64,000 nucleotides of DNA from Candidatus Kerfeldbacteria bacterium (GTDB lineage Bacteria; Patescibacteriota; Patescibacteriia; SBBC01; CAIJZX01): positions 65,708-129,707 of the forward strand of contig JACPSJ010000004.1 of assembly GCA_016193315.1 (NCBI GenBank), read 5' to 3'. Under the pieces are notes generated by a model, which did no database searches, was not told the origin of the DNA, and was given only the letters and a program-made list of their open reading frames with translations. Position numbers and translations under genes: made by a program. The first letter of the stretch is position 1, and each line of letters opens with the position of its first letter. Positions 49,258 through 60,577 of this stretch are shown here, in pieces.

Positions 49258-49697
49258 GCCACGCCGCTCTTACTGTTCGGGATCTTGAACGATCGCGTGA
49301 GCAGTTGTTGAAAATCATGGCCCACGTGAGCTCTAAATTGTCAGAGCAAGGCGTCGAGCCTGATCGGCTGTCGGAAGAATTGGATCGAGTGGATCCGGAC
49401 AAATTCATGCCCGATTGGTTCCTCGAAAAGAAATATGAATTCCTGGCCGGATCGGAAAGGAGCGCGCATGCTCTCGGGCTCAGCGCACTGCGGGCGCTAG
49501 AGAAGGATGGTTTTAAGGTATTGGCCGGATTCCGCAATAGGCAAGAAATACAAGCCCTCGTCTCACACCACTTGACGACCTACGAATGGGGTCGGTTTCT
49601 AGAACTTTGGCCTCACCGCCGTCAAGTGCTGAAACCAATTTTCCTCCGTCACAGAAAATACCTGAGCAGTCTGTTTGGCACTACCCCCGCTGCGTGA
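49236..49697 (+). CDS. HExxH-motif protein (possible ImmA/IrrE- or SprT-like zinc metallopeptidase domain)
   Basis: AIFHELGHAAL sits at the start of the ORF. Reading the +2 frame upstream joins it to the preceding ORF (…LIDWPAAAPPLAIFHELGHA…), giving about 257 aa. Confidence 0.4.
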   Translation: MAIFHELGHAALTVRDLERSREQLLKIMAHVSSKLSEQGVEPDRLSEELDRVDPDKFMPDWFLEKKYEFLAGSERSAHALGLSALRALEKDGFKVLAGFRNRQEIQALVSHHLTTYEWGRFLELWPHRRQVLKPIFLRHRKYLSSLFGTTPAA

Positions 49698-50058
49698 GGC
49701 CGAGAATGTTCCCTTCGCTGTCCTTAAACCAGGCGGCTTTCTGACCGTCGATGGTGGCAATAAAATTTTCCGTTCGGATCGGCTCCTGATCGTATTCCAT
49801 AAACTCCACACCCTTGGCCACCAGGTCGGCAACCTCTTCCTCAATATCGGCCACCAAGAAGCCGGCCAGGGTATGATCGGCCTTTGACGACTCACGTTTA
49901 TACAAATAGATCTTCGTCCCTTCGCCGGCTTGAAGCATCACGCCGCCGGTGGCGTCAGTCTCGGTCATCGTTAGACCGAGTTTATCGGTATAGAACGCCC
50001 TCGCCCGTTCCATATCGACAACGGGTATGGTCGGGGAGACCGGTGCAGCGCTCAGCAT
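49681..50058 (-). CDS. VOC-family (glyoxalase/bleomycin-resistance fold) protein
   Basis: 125 aa with VDMERARAFYTDKLGLTMTE...GNILGL, a typical glyoxalase-I-like beta-alpha-beta-beta-beta module. Confidence 0.65.
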   Translation of the reverse strand: MLSAAPVSPTIPVVDMERARAFYTDKLGLTMTETDATGGVMLQAGEGTKIYLYKRESSKADHTLAGFLVADIEEEVADLVAKGVEFMEYDQEPIRTENFIATIDGQKAAWFKDSEGNILGLTQRG

Positions 50059-50169
50059 AGGCCCTCCGGAGGTTAAGAATAGACTAGCCCTAGTCTAACT
50101 GATCGCTGGCGAAAGGTGAAGCTCCACCAAGCCCCCCCCGTCCCGCCGCCTGGCGGGGCTGGGTGAACC

Positions 50170-50841
50170 CTACCGCTGCTCGAAGAGGACTTGTCTGATC
50201 ACTACCCGCTCGCCACTGCGGGGTTTCTTGGCCGCGATCCGCAGGGTGTTGAGGCCGCGCTGGATTTCGACTGATTCGGAAAACTGGCCGTTGGACGTAA
50301 CCTCCACCGGCTGTCGGTTAATTGTCACTTCGGCGCCTGGCTCGGTCTGTCCACGAACAACGACGGAGCCTTCGGTGGTGGCGACATCAGCCGGTGGTTC
50401 ATTGACCACCAGGCGCGGCGGACTGTAAAGGCGCCAGACTTGCCAGCTAAAATAAATGAGTACTCCGCCTATCACCACTCCGGCCACCATGAACCGCCGG
50501 TACCGCCGCCACCAGGGAGGGTCGGTCTTGGCGCGAGGCACGAGGAGTGGCCGACCAGAAGGTTTGGCTGCCGTTACAACCTGATACTCCTCAGCGAAGC
50601 GGCTCATCACGACCGCCTCATCAAGCTCCATCCGCCGCGCGTAGAGACGGACAAAAATCCGAGCATATACCTGGCCGGGCAACAGGTCATACCGTCCGTC
50701 TTCGATCGCCTGAACGTACTTGGTGGCGATCTTTAGCTCAGCGGCGATGGTCTCAATCGACCAGCCGGATTCCTGACGGAGCTGGCGAAGCCGCTGGCCC
50801 AAAGTTTGCGGTCCAGCCAGGTCGCGTTTCTGAAAAACCAT
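50170..50841 (-). CDS. RodZ-like HTH (XRE-family) membrane-anchored protein
   Basis: 223 aa with an N-terminal HTH (LGQRLRQLRQESGWSIETIAAELKIATKYVQAIE), a single TM (FMVAGVVIGGVLIYFSW) and an extracytoplasmic C-terminal domain. It lies immediately downstream of ftsK. Confidence 0.6.
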   Translation of the reverse strand: MVFQKRDLAGPQTLGQRLRQLRQESGWSIETIAAELKIATKYVQAIEDGRYDLLPGQVYARIFVRLYARRMELDEAVVMSRFAEEYQVVTAAKPSGRPLLVPRAKTDPPWWRRYRRFMVAGVVIGGVLIYFSWQVWRLYSPPRLVVNEPPADVATTEGSVVVRGQTEPGAEVTINRQPVEVTSNGQFSESVEIQRGLNTLRIAAKKPRSGERVVIRQVLFEQR

Positions 50842-50844
50842 GGC

Positions 50845-53037
50845 CTACGGTTGTTGGCTGGCTGGTGGCGGAGGTCGTGGAGGATCTGTCGAGGCGTCCT
50901 CGGGTTGGGTCGGGCCGGTAGGTGGAGTATCGCCCATGACCTCCCGTGGCTTGGCCCCTTCGCCAGGGCCAATAAATCCTTCCTCTTCCAGCAGGTCGAG
51001 AATCCGTGCCGCCCGAGCGTAGCCGATCCGCAGGCGCCGCTGGAGCAGCGAGGCGGAGGCTTTATCGGCTTGCAGAATTACTTCCTTCGCCTGGGGCAAT
51101 AACTCGTCGTCACCGAGATCCTCGAGACTGCCGCCGATTTGCGGCTCCGGCTTCTCCACTACATCGCCCAGGTATTCCGGCTGACCACGCGACTTGAGAT
51201 ACTGGACCACCCGCTCGACCTCGCGTTCTGAAACGTACGGGGCTTGGAGCCGCTTCGGCTTGCTTAATTCGGCGGACTGGTAGAGCATGTCCCCCCGGCC
51301 GAGCAGCTTCTCCGCGCCGCTGACGTCGAGAATGGTGCGCGAGTCGACCTGAGCGGCCACGCTGAAAGCCACCCGGGCCGTGACGTTGGCCTTGATCAGG
51401 CCGGTGATGACGTCGACCGATGGTCGCTGGGTAGCCAGGACGAGGTGAATCCCGACCGCCCGGGCCATTTGGGCCAGTCGGACGATCGCGCCTTCGACTT
51501 CGTTGGCGGCCACCGACATCAGGTCGGCCAACTCGTCGATGATCAACACCACGTACGGCACGTCGTCGCTAACCTCGGTGCGGTAGGTGGCCAGATTCCG
51601 CTTCCCAGATTGTGATAGGAGATTGTACCGCCGATCCATCTCGCTGACAATCCAGCGCAAAGCGTTGATGGTCTTGGTGGTGTCGGTGATGACCGGCGTC
51701 AGCAGATGCGGGATCCCATTGTAGGCGGTTAGCTCGACTCGTTTCGGGTCAACCAGAATAAATTTCAGGTCATCCGGTGAATTGCAATACAGCAAACTAA
51801 TGATCAGGTCGTTGATCAGGACTGACTTTCCGGAGCCGGTGGCGCCGGCCACCAGCAGGTGCGGTAACGGATCGAGATCTGCTACCCACGGCTGGCCGCT
51901 GACGTCCTTACCGAGGGCGAAGCTAAGGTTTGAATGCCGTTGCTGCCAGTTCGCCGAAGCGATAATTTCGCGGAGCTGGACGATGGCTACCGACTGATTC
52001 GGCACCTCCACGCCGACCAACGATTTGCCAGGGATGGGCGCTTCGATTCTGATCGGATGGGCGGCCAGCGTCAAAGCTAAGTCGTTGTTGAGTGAGGTGA
52101 TCTGGGATAACTTAACGCCCTCGGCTGGTTTCAGGGTGTACTGGGTGACGGTTGGACCGACGTTGACCTCGCCCATGGCCACCGAAATTCCAAAGTTCTC
52201 CAGCGTCCGTTGGATCTTTTCCTTGTTGGCTTCGATATTGCCGCTGGTTGGCTGGCTGCTGGTACTCTCCAGGAGATCGAGAGGAATGGCGATGTCGCGC
52301 CGTGGTCGCCGGTGTCGACGAGCCGGCTGTGGCTTCAGAACCTGGTGTTCGCTATCGGCTTCCTCGTCGGCGGGCGATTCCGAGGCCAACGTCTGAGTGG
52401 CAAAAGTTGGTTCGGCGGCAGAGCTTTGTTCATTCACCAAGCGGCGCTGCCAGCGCGCTGTCTGCCGACGGTTCAGCCAGTGGCTAAACCAGCTGCCAGG
52501 CCGAGCTAGCGATCGCAGGCTGGTGTTGAACATTAGCAAGGCGCTGGCCACCAACCCGCCGAACAAAATCAGTCCACTGGCCCACGATCCGAGCGCCACC
52601 CGCAATGGGTAGCTGATCAAAGCCCCAAGATAACCGCCGCCTTCGCCTTGCAACGCCGCTGGGAAGGCTTGCGGCGTAGCCACGGACAGATGGAGCAGGG
52701 CTTCGCTCGCCAGCAGCCAGACTACCAGCCCAAACCACCGCGTCCGTGAGAAGAAGAACCTTTCCGGAAAGAGCAGCAACAGCCCAATCACGGCTAGATA
52801 CAGAGGAATGATATAGCGCTGCCAACCGAAGAGCATGCCCAGGCCATTACTGATGCCTTGCCCCAGGAACCCGGCGCCGCCAAGGACGCTCAAGAACATT
52901 ACCGCCGCCAGCGTCAGGAGGGTAACGATCACAATCCCCCGTTGGGCTTCGGGGGTCAGGAGTGGCGCGTGCGGCGCCGGAGACTGGCTTCGCTCCCGAT
53001 CCGACAGACGCGCCCGCCGAGCTGAACGCGAGGCCAT
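50845..53037 (-). CDS. ftsK: DNA translocase FtsK/SpoIIIE
   Basis: 730 aa with an N-terminal 4-TM domain, a linker, a motor domain with Walker A (GATGSGKSV), and a C-terminal gamma winged-helix domain (ARAARILDLLEEEGFIG). Confidence 0.9.
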   Translation of the reverse strand: MASRSARRARLSDRERSQSPAPHAPLLTPEAQRGIVIVTLLTLAAVMFLSVLGGAGFLGQGISNGLGMLFGWQRYIIPLYLAVIGLLLLFPERFFFSRTRWFGLVVWLLASEALLHLSVATPQAFPAALQGEGGGYLGALISYPLRVALGSWASGLILFGGLVASALLMFNTSLRSLARPGSWFSHWLNRRQTARWQRRLVNEQSSAAEPTFATQTLASESPADEEADSEHQVLKPQPARRHRRPRRDIAIPLDLLESTSSQPTSGNIEANKEKIQRTLENFGISVAMGEVNVGPTVTQYTLKPAEGVKLSQITSLNNDLALTLAAHPIRIEAPIPGKSLVGVEVPNQSVAIVQLREIIASANWQQRHSNLSFALGKDVSGQPWVADLDPLPHLLVAGATGSGKSVLINDLIISLLYCNSPDDLKFILVDPKRVELTAYNGIPHLLTPVITDTTKTINALRWIVSEMDRRYNLLSQSGKRNLATYRTEVSDDVPYVVLIIDELADLMSVAANEVEGAIVRLAQMARAVGIHLVLATQRPSVDVITGLIKANVTARVAFSVAAQVDSRTILDVSGAEKLLGRGDMLYQSAELSKPKRLQAPYVSEREVERVVQYLKSRGQPEYLGDVVEKPEPQIGGSLEDLGDDELLPQAKEVILQADKASASLLQRRLRIGYARAARILDLLEEEGFIGPGEGAKPREVMGDTPPTGPTQPEDASTDPPRPPPPASQQP

Positions 53038-53104
53038 AGGGTCTTAGATTAGCACAAAACGGGCTGGGGGGCAATGAATATTGCCCCTTGGCCCACCAGT
53101 CGAG

Positions 53105-56100
53105 TTAGGCGCGTTCGACCAGCAGTTTGCTGAGTTCGGCTAGCTCTTGCTGCCGCGCCTCGAAACCGGTACCAGCCGGGATGGGTTTGCCGATAATGAC
53201 GTTTTCCTTCAGCCCCCGGAGCACATCCACCCGACCGGACACGGCCGCATCAATCAACACGCGCGCCGTTTCCTGGAACGAGGCGGCCGACAGCCAGCTT
53301 TCGGTGGTCAAACTCGCCTTGGTCACGCCGAGCAGCAGCGGCTCAATCTCCGGCGGGCGCTTTTTGGCTTTTGACAGCTTGACCGCCAGATCCTCGACCG
53401 TCGCGCGATCGACGATTTCCCCGGCAATCAACTCCGAGTCGCCGGGATGGCTGACATAAGCGCGGGAGAACATCTGGCGGACGATGACCTCGATATGCTT
53501 GTCGTTGAGATATTGTCCCTGCGACGAGTAAATGAATTGGATTTCCTTAATGATGTACTGCTGGACGGCCGCTCGACCGCGGAGACGGTAAAGCTCCTGG
53601 AGGTTGATGCTCCCTTCGGTCAATTGGCCACCCGGGGCCACGTGATCGCCATCTTTGACGTTCAGGGCGTAGACCCCCGGCACGTCGTACCGCTTGCTGT
53701 TCTCCTGCGGATACGTAACTTCCACTGCTTTGTCGGTCACGGCCGTGGTCCCGGCATGCTGGGCCACCACCGTTTCCTTGCCCATGGTCATGATGGTCTG
53801 GCCGGCTTTGACCGCCTGCCCATCCTTGACTGCCAGAACGGCTTTCGTCTTGGCACGCTTACTGGGCAGCTCATAGCGATCCCGCCCGTGGTCAGTAAAG
53901 CGGACGGCCACTACCTGGTGATCTCCCGGCGTCTCAACCGCTACCTGGCCGGCCACCTCGGACAGCAACGCTGGGGACTTCACCGGTCGAGCTTCAAACA
54001 GCTCTTCGACCCGCGGCAAGCCCTGGGTGATATCCTGCGTACCAGCCACGCCGCCGGTGTGGAAGGTCCGCATCGTCAGCTGCGTTCCTGGTTCGCCAAT
54101 CGATTGGGCAGCAATGATGCCGATTGCCGTCCCCAACTTGACCAGCTCGTTGTGGCCAAGATCAAAACCGTAGCACTGCTGACAGAGACCCCGCTTCGTT
54201 TGGCAGGTCAGGACGGAACGAATCGCCGCCGAGACTGGTGATGCTGACTGCAGTTTTTCGGCTAGTAGAAAAGTAATCAGTGTCCCGGCTTTGACCAAGG
54301 TCTTGCCCTTCTCATCAACTAAGTCACGGGCTAGCACGCGGCCGGTGATACGTTGCACCAGGTCGGTACCAATCTCTTCGCTTTCCTCGCGACTGAGGAC
54401 GAAGCCTTGGTCATCACCGCAATCTTCTTCGGTGATGACCACGTCCTGCGACACATCGACCAAGCGACGAGTGAGATAGCCGGCGTTAGCGGTTCTCAAG
54501 GCCGTGTCGGTTAACCCCTTTCTCGCGCCGTGGGTGGAAATGAAGTATTCGAGGACGTCGAAACCTTCCTTGAAGCTGGCTTTGACCGGCAGTTCGATGG
54601 TCTTGCCGACCGGGTTGGCCACCAATCCTTTCATGCCCATCATCTGCGTGGTCTGGGCCCACGAACCTCGAGCTCCGGAGTTAATCATCATGTAGACCGG
54701 ACCGAGCTTATTGAGCGATTCCTTGGATACGCCTTGGATTTCTTCCTTGGCTTGACTCCAGACGTTGATTACTCGCACATAGCGCTCTTCATCAGTCAGC
54801 AAACCGGATTCATAAGCCGCTTGGATCTCGCTGATCTTGACTTCGGCCTGGCCGAGAATTCGTTCTTTCTGCTCTGGTACCTCAAGATCGCTCATGCCCC
54901 AGGAAATGCCTGACTGCGTAACCGATTGGAAACCGAAGTGCTTGATCGCGTCAAGCAATTCGACGGTCCGTTCAGGACCGAATTTTTCCAGGGCAACCGA
55001 GACCAGGTTGCTCAGCCCTTTTTTGTCGATGCTCCGATTGATAAATCCAAACTCCGGCGGCAGGATGCGGTTGAACAGGATCCGGCCGACGGTGGTCGTC
55101 ACTAACTGGCCATCCATTCGGACCTTGATCGCGTTTTGGAGACTAATCCGCCCCGATTCATGGGCCATCAATGCTTCATCGGCATCAGCAAAAACATAGG
55201 GCTTCTCGTCCCCTTGCTGGGTCATGTAGTAACAACCGAGCACGATGTCCATGTTCGGTGTTACCACCGGCGTGCCGGTGGCCGGCTTGAGAAGATTCTG
55301 GACCGACATCATGATATGCTCAGCCTCCCACTTCGCCTGCTCGGTCAGCGGGACATGGACGGCCATCTGGTCGCCGTCAAAATCAGCGTTGAAGGCGGTG
55401 CAAACAAGGGGGTGGATCTGGATGGCTTTGCCTTCGATCAGGATCGGTTGGAAAGCCTGGATGCCAAGTCGGTGGAGCGTTGGGGCGCGGTTGAGCAGGA
55501 CGCGAGCGTGTTTCGTTACTTCTTCGAGGATATCCCAGACCTCCGGGTGGCCGGCTTCAATGTACCGGCCAGCCGAACGGACATTGTGGACCAATTCCCG
55601 CTTGATCAGCTGGGAAATGACGAACGGACGGAACAGCTCCAGAGCCATCCGTTTCGGCAAGCCGCACTGGTTGAGCTTGAGGTGCGGACCGATGACGATC
55701 ACCGACCGGCCCGAGTAGTCGACCCGCTTGCCGAGCAAGTTCTGGCGGAAGCGGCCCTGCTTGCCTTTCAGCATGTCGGCCAGCGAGCGGAGCATCCGCT
55801 TCTGACCGGTCGAAGCGGTGACGGTCTTGCCATGACGGGCGGTGTTATCGATCAGCGCGTCGACCGCCTCTTGGAGCATCCGTTTCTCGTTGCGGATGAT
55901 TACTTCCGGCGCGTTCAGTTCAATCAACCTCTTCAGCCGGTTGTTGCGGTTGATCACTCGCCGGTAGAGATCATTGAGGTCGGAGGTGGCAAACCGTCCG
56001 CCGTCGAGCTGGACCATCGGTCGCAAATCCGGCGGGATGACCGGCAAGACGGTCAAAACCATCCATTCCGGTTGGATACCGTTGGCCTTAAGATTCTTGG

Positions 56101-56965
56101 CCAGGCGGAGACGCCGAATGATCCGCCGCTGTCGACTCTCGGTCGCCTTGGCCACCTCGGCCTCGAGCTCCTCGATCATCGTCTCCAAATTGAGCTGTTC
56201 CAATAAATGGCGAATCGCTTCCGCCCCGATCGAGGCCTCGAAGACATGTCCATACTTAAGCGACAGATCCTGGTACGCTTGCTCGGTTAAGATTTGGAGC
56301 GGCGCCAAGTCGGCCAGTTCTTTCTCGGCGGCCTCAACGGCGTCGGACAAAACTTTGAGCTGTTCCGTTTTGGCTTGGCTTAAACTGTGTAGCTCGGCGG
56401 TCCGCTTAGCCTCGTCAGTGACCGGTCGCTGCTTGACCTGATTAGCCTGCTGTTGCCATTCGGCGTCGATCTGCTTCTTCTTCGCCTCGTGCTCGGCCTT
56501 CAGCTGCTTCAGGGTTTCTTGCCGCAGGTTCTCATTGACGCTGGTAATAATGAAATTGGCGAAATAGATGATTTTCTCTAGGTCCTGAACGCCCAAGTCG
56601 AGCATTAACCCGATCTTCGACGGCACGCCGCGCAGGAACCAAATGTGGGAGACCGGCGCCGCCAAATCGATATGCCCCATCCGCTCCCGCCGGACCACCG
56701 ACCGCGTTACTTCCACCCCGCACTTATCGCAAACTATGCCTTTGTAGCGAATCCGCTTGTACTTGCCACAGAAACACTCCCAGTCCTTTGACGGTCCGAA
56801 AATTTCTTCGGCAAACAAGCCAGACTTCTCCGGTTTTTGCGTCCGGTAGTTGATCGTTTCCGGCTTGGTCACCTCGCCGTACGACCAGCGGTGAACATCG
56901 TCCGGCGAGGCGACCCGCAGCCGGATGGCTTTGAAATCGATGGCGTGGGTTTCTTCGTACGGCAT
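53105..56965 (-). CDS. rpoC: DNA-directed RNA polymerase subunit beta'
   Basis: 1286 aa with the zinc-binding [23 protein letters not shown] and the catalytic [12 protein letters not shown] motif. Confidence 0.97.
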   Translation of the reverse strand: MPYEETHAIDFKAIRLRVASPDDVHRWSYGEVTKPETINYRTQKPEKSGLFAEEIFGPSKDWECFCGKYKRIRYKGIVCDKCGVEVTRSVVRRERMGHIDLAAPVSHIWFLRGVPSKIGLMLDLGVQDLEKIIYFANFIITSVNENLRQETLKQLKAEHEAKKKQIDAEWQQQANQVKQRPVTDEAKRTAELHSLSQAKTEQLKVLSDAVEAAEKELADLAPLQILTEQAYQDLSLKYGHVFEASIGAEAIRHLLEQLNLETMIEELEAEVAKATESRQRRIIRRLRLAKNLKANGIQPEWMVLTVLPVIPPDLRPMVQLDGGRFATSDLNDLYRRVINRNNRLKRLIELNAPEVIIRNEKRMLQEAVDALIDNTARHGKTVTASTGQKRMLRSLADMLKGKQGRFRQNLLGKRVDYSGRSVIVIGPHLKLNQCGLPKRMALELFRPFVISQLIKRELVHNVRSAGRYIEAGHPEVWDILEEVTKHARVLLNRAPTLHRLGIQAFQPILIEGKAIQIHPLVCTAFNADFDGDQMAVHVPLTEQAKWEAEHIMMSVQNLLKPATGTPVVTPNMDIVLGCYYMTQQGDEKPYVFADADEALMAHESGRISLQNAIKVRMDGQLVTTTVGRILFNRILPPEFGFINRSIDKKGLSNLVSVALEKFGPERTVELLDAIKHFGFQSVTQSGISWGMSDLEVPEQKERILGQAEVKISEIQAAYESGLLTDEERYVRVINVWSQAKEEIQGVSKESLNKLGPVYMMINSGARGSWAQTTQMMGMKGLVANPVGKTIELPVKASFKEGFDVLEYFISTHGARKGLTDTALRTANAGYLTRRLVDVSQDVVITEEDCGDDQGFVLSREESEEIGTDLVQRITGRVLARDLVDEKGKTLVKAGTLITFLLAEKLQSASPVSAAIRSVLTCQTKRGLCQQCYGFDLGHNELVKLGTAIGIIAAQSIGEPGTQLTMRTFHTGGVAGTQDITQGLPRVEELFEARPVKSPALLSEVAGQVAVETPGDHQVVAVRFTDHGRDRYELPSKRAKTKAVLAVKDGQAVKAGQTIMTMGKETVVAQHAGTTAVTDKAVEVTYPQENSKRYDVPGVYALNVKDGDHVAPGGQLTEGSINLQELYRLRGRAAVQQYIIKEIQFIYSSQGQYLNDKHIEVIVRQMFSRAYVSHPGDSELIAGEIVDRATVEDLAVKLSKAKKRPPEIEPLLLGVTKASLTTESWLSAASFQETARVLIDAAVSGRVDVLRGLKENVIIGKPIPAGTGFEARQQELAELSKLLVERA

Positions 56966-59900
56966 TACCGGACTCCCTCTTGAACGGCGGCCCGCGGTTC
57001 AGTTGGTGGGGCCACCGGTTCGGCGAGGCGGACTTCCGCCACCTCCCGGCGCGGTCGCTCTTCTTCGGCCGGCGCGACTTCGGCGCCGATCAATTCAACT
57101 TCCAAGCCCAAGCCTTTCAGTTCCCGAACCAAGACATTGAACGATTCCGGGACGTTGAGCCGCCGGATCGGTTCTCCTTTAATCACTGCCTCATAGGCCT
57201 TCGAGCGGCCGGACACGTCGTCGGATTTGATAGTCAGCATTTCCTGGAGCGTGTGCGCCGCGCCGTAGGCTTCCAGCGCCCAGACCTCCATCTCGCCAAA
57301 GCGCTGACCACCGAACTGGGCTTTGCCACCGAGTGGCTGCTGCGTGACCAGTGAATAGGGACCGATCGAGCGCTGGTGAATCTTGTCTTCCACTAGATGA
57401 TTGAGCTTCATGACGTACATCACCCCGACCGTCACCAGCAACTCAAACGGTTTCCCCGTCCGGCCATCGAAGACTTGCATCTTGCCGTCGGGGGGCAGCT
57501 TGGCCTGCACGAGCAGTTCGCGAATTTTCGACTCCGGCAAACCATCAAGGGCCGGCGAAATAACGCGCAGGCCCACTTTCTGAGCGGCCAAGCCGAGGTG
57601 CGTCTCCAAGATTTGCCCCAGGTTCATCCGCGAAGCCACGCCCAGCGGGTTGAGAATAATGTCGACCGGCGTCCCATCCTCCAGGTACGGCATGTCTTCG
57701 GCGGCCACGATCCGCGAGATAACGCCTTTGTTCCCGTGCCGGCCGGCCATTTTGTCGCCGACTTGAATCTTCCGCAGCTGGGCCACCGACACTTGAATCT
57801 GCTTGATCACGCCGGACGGTAACTTATCGCCCTTGTCGCGGGAGAAAATCTTGATGTCGACGACCTTCCCGTGCTCGCCATGCTCAAGGGTTAAGGACGA
57901 ATCTTTGACATCCTTAGCCTTCTCGCCGAAAATGGCCCGCAGCAATTTCTCTTCGGCCGACAGCTCGGTTTCCCCCTTGGGTGTAATTTTCCCAACTAAG
58001 ATGTCGCCGGACGAGACCTGGGCCCCGATCCGAACGATGCCTTCTTCGTCTAGATCTTTCAGTTTCTCTTCGGACACGTTCGGAATATCGCGCGTCACCA
58101 CTTCTGGACCTAGTTTCGTGTCGCGAACGTCGATGTAGTAATCTTCGATGTGGACCGAGGTATAACGATCTTGTTCGACCACTCGTTCAGAAATGAGAAT
58201 GGCATCTTCGTAGTTGCCGCCTTCCCAAGGGATGAAAGCCACTAGCAGGTTCTGCCCCAGCGCCAGCTCCCCGTGCTCGGTGGCCGCCCCGTCAGCGAGC
58301 AGATCACCAGCTCCCACGCGCTGACCGGGCATGACCACCGGTTTTTGGTTAATCGAGGTTGAAGCGTTGGACCGGAAGAAGTTACGGAGGTGATAGACTC
58401 GCACATTCCCATCATCTTCCAGCACGTCGACCTGGTTGGCCTGGACAGTCACCACCTGACCAGCTTTCTGGGCCAAGATGACTTGTCCGGAGTCGGCCGC
58501 CGCCCGCGTCTCGACGCCGGTTCCAACAATCGGTGTTTCCGGCTTGATGCATGATACCGCTTGGCGCTGCATGTTCGAGCCCATCAAGGCCCGGACGGCA
58601 TCGTCATGTTCGAGGAAGGGGATGAGAGCCGTGGCCACGGAGACAATTTGTTTCGGCGAGACGTCCATGTAGTCAATCTTTTCGACCGGGACAATGGCTG
58701 GTTCGCCGTGTTGACGAGCTTCGGCCCGGTCGATCATAAAGTGACCGGCGGCGTCGATACCCGTGGTGGCGGCCGTGGTAGTCTGCCGTTCTTCAGTAAA
58801 AGCGTCGAGGTAGATGACCTCTTTGGTCACCCGCGGCTTGATGGGAATGGTCGGCTGGCTAAGCGCTTTAAGCGCTTTGGCCTGGGCGGGAGAAATGGTG
58901 GCCCCAGCTCGGACCACGTCGCCCAGGTCGTGCCGGGCGATCTCTCCGGACGCTGATCGACCGTCATTCGGCACGTCATGGACCACTCGCCGGAACGGTG
59001 TCTCTATAAAACCATAGTCGTTGACCCGGGCGTAGGTCGACAGGTGTCCGACCAAACCGATGTTCGGGCCCTCGGGCGTGGCGATCGGGCAGATGCGGCC
59101 GTAGTGGGTGCGGTGGACGTCGCGAACATCAAAACCGGCCCGCTCGCGAGACAAGCCGCCGGGGCCCATGGCCGACAGCCGGCGTTTGTGCTCCAGTTCG
59201 GCCAGCGGGTTGGTCTGGTCCATGAATTGCGACAACTGCGAGCTCATGAAGAATTCTTTGATCGCGCCGATCACCGGCCGGGCATTGATCAGCTGGTTCG
59301 GGGTCAGCGTGTTGATGTCGAGCGTCGACATCCGATCCTTGATGATCCGCTCCATCCGCGCCAGACCGACCCGGAACTTGTTTTGCACCAGCTCACCGAT
59401 GGCCCGGACCCGGCGGTTACCAAGGTGATCGATATCGTCCGGCTCCCGCTGCGAGTTATTGAGCTGGATAATCTCTTTGACAATCGCCAGCACATCATCC
59501 TTCTGCAGCACCCGAAAATCCTTGGTGTTCGGGAACTGAAAACCGAAGCGGGTATTCAGCTTGTACCGACCCACCCGTCCAAAATCATAGCGGTCGAATG
59601 AGAAAAACATTTTGTAAATCAGGTCGCGAGCGTTGTCGATGGTCGCTAGGTCGCCCGGCCGAATCCGCTTATAGACCTCCTTCAATCCCTCGGCTTCGTC
59701 GTGGGTCGGATCTTTGGCCATCGTCGCGGCAATGTGCTTCATCGGCCCCTGATCGATGTCGCGGAAGGTGGCTTGCAGTTGCTCATCGCTGCCGAAACCG
59801 AAAGCGCGGAGAAAGGTCGTAATCGGCACCTTTCGCTTGCGATCAATCTTGACGGCGATGACGTTGTTGACGTCCGTCTCCAGTTCCAGCCAGGCCCCGC

Positions 59901-60393
59901 GGTTGGGAATGATCTTGGCGCCGTAGTACCGTCGACCGCGCGCCAGCTCGGCGGTGAAGAACACGCCGGCTGAGCGAATCAGCTGTGACACCACCACCCG
60001 CTCGATGCCATTGACGATAAACGTCCCCCGATCGGTCATCAGGGGGAAGTCGCCGAGGTAGATTTCTTGTTCCTTAATCTCGCCGGTCTTCTTGTTGACC
60101 AGGCGAACCTGCACGCGCAGGGCGGCCTCGAACGTGACGTTCTTACCTTTGGCTACTACCTCGTCGAATTTCGGTTCGTCCAGGTAGTAGTCGAGAAAAT
60201 ACAGTTCTAAATCGCGGCCGATGAAGTCCTTGACCGGCGAAATTTCGTCAAACAGTTCGCGCAAACCATCGCGGAAAAACCAATCATAACTCCGCTTCTG
60301 AATTTCAATCAGATTCGGCAGCGGAATAGCTTCGTGCAGGGTGGTAAAAACTTGTCGTGCCGGAGCGGTCATGCCGGTGGAAGACGTGAACAC
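56965..60393 (-). CDS. rpoB: DNA-directed RNA polymerase subunit beta
   Basis: 1142 aa. GTG start at 60393 with GGAGG 8 nt upstream. It overlaps rpoC by 1 nt. Conserved Rif region and catalytic motifs are present. Confidence 0.97.
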   Translation of the reverse strand: MFTSSTGMTAPARQVFTTLHEAIPLPNLIEIQKRSYDWFFRDGLRELFDEISPVKDFIGRDLELYFLDYYLDEPKFDEVVAKGKNVTFEAALRVQVRLVNKKTGEIKEQEIYLGDFPLMTDRGTFIVNGIERVVVSQLIRSAGVFFTAELARGRRYYGAKIIPNRGAWLELETDVNNVIAVKIDRKRKVPITTFLRAFGFGSDEQLQATFRDIDQGPMKHIAATMAKDPTHDEAEGLKEVYKRIRPGDLATIDNARDLIYKMFFSFDRYDFGRVGRYKLNTRFGFQFPNTKDFRVLQKDDVLAIVKEIIQLNNSQREPDDIDHLGNRRVRAIGELVQNKFRVGLARMERIIKDRMSTLDINTLTPNQLINARPVIGAIKEFFMSSQLSQFMDQTNPLAELEHKRRLSAMGPGGLSRERAGFDVRDVHRTHYGRICPIATPEGPNIGLVGHLSTYARVNDYGFIETPFRRVVHDVPNDGRSASGEIARHDLGDVVRAGATISPAQAKALKALSQPTIPIKPRVTKEVIYLDAFTEERQTTTAATTGIDAAGHFMIDRAEARQHGEPAIVPVEKIDYMDVSPKQIVSVATALIPFLEHDDAVRALMGSNMQRQAVSCIKPETPIVGTGVETRAAADSGQVILAQKAGQVVTVQANQVDVLEDDGNVRVYHLRNFFRSNASTSINQKPVVMPGQRVGAGDLLADGAATEHGELALGQNLLVAFIPWEGGNYEDAILISERVVEQDRYTSVHIEDYYIDVRDTKLGPEVVTRDIPNVSEEKLKDLDEEGIVRIGAQVSSGDILVGKITPKGETELSAEEKLLRAIFGEKAKDVKDSSLTLEHGEHGKVVDIKIFSRDKGDKLPSGVIKQIQVSVAQLRKIQVGDKMAGRHGNKGVISRIVAAEDMPYLEDGTPVDIILNPLGVASRMNLGQILETHLGLAAQKVGLRVISPALDGLPESKIRELLVQAKLPPDGKMQVFDGRTGKPFELLVTVGVMYVMKLNHLVEDKIHQRSIGPYSLVTQQPLGGKAQFGGQRFGEMEVWALEAYGAAHTLQEMLTIKSDDVSGRSKAYEAVIKGEPIRRLNVPESFNVLVRELKGLGLEVELIGAEVAPAEEERPRREVAEVRLAEPVAPPTEPRAAVQEGVR

Positions 60394-60548
60394 AAGATTA
60401 CCCTCCCCGCGTAAAACGCGGGAAGCGGTTTGGCTGCTAAACGCCGCGTGAAGCTGAACTGTGAGCTTTCAGGCGGCAGAATTCGCTCTCACGAGCGTTG
60501 TATGCGCCGAAAATAAGAGGCCGAGAACTCTTACTAAAATGCCGATGG

Positions 60549-60577
60549 AGCATACCAGCCTTCCCGGCACCTGTCAA
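60549..60577 (-). promoter_or_regulatory. sigma-70-like promoter for rpoBC (TTGACA-N17-TATGCT)
   Basis: Minus strand: cTTGACAggtgccgggaaggctggTATGCTcc. It gives a leader of about 150 nt. Confidence 0.5.
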
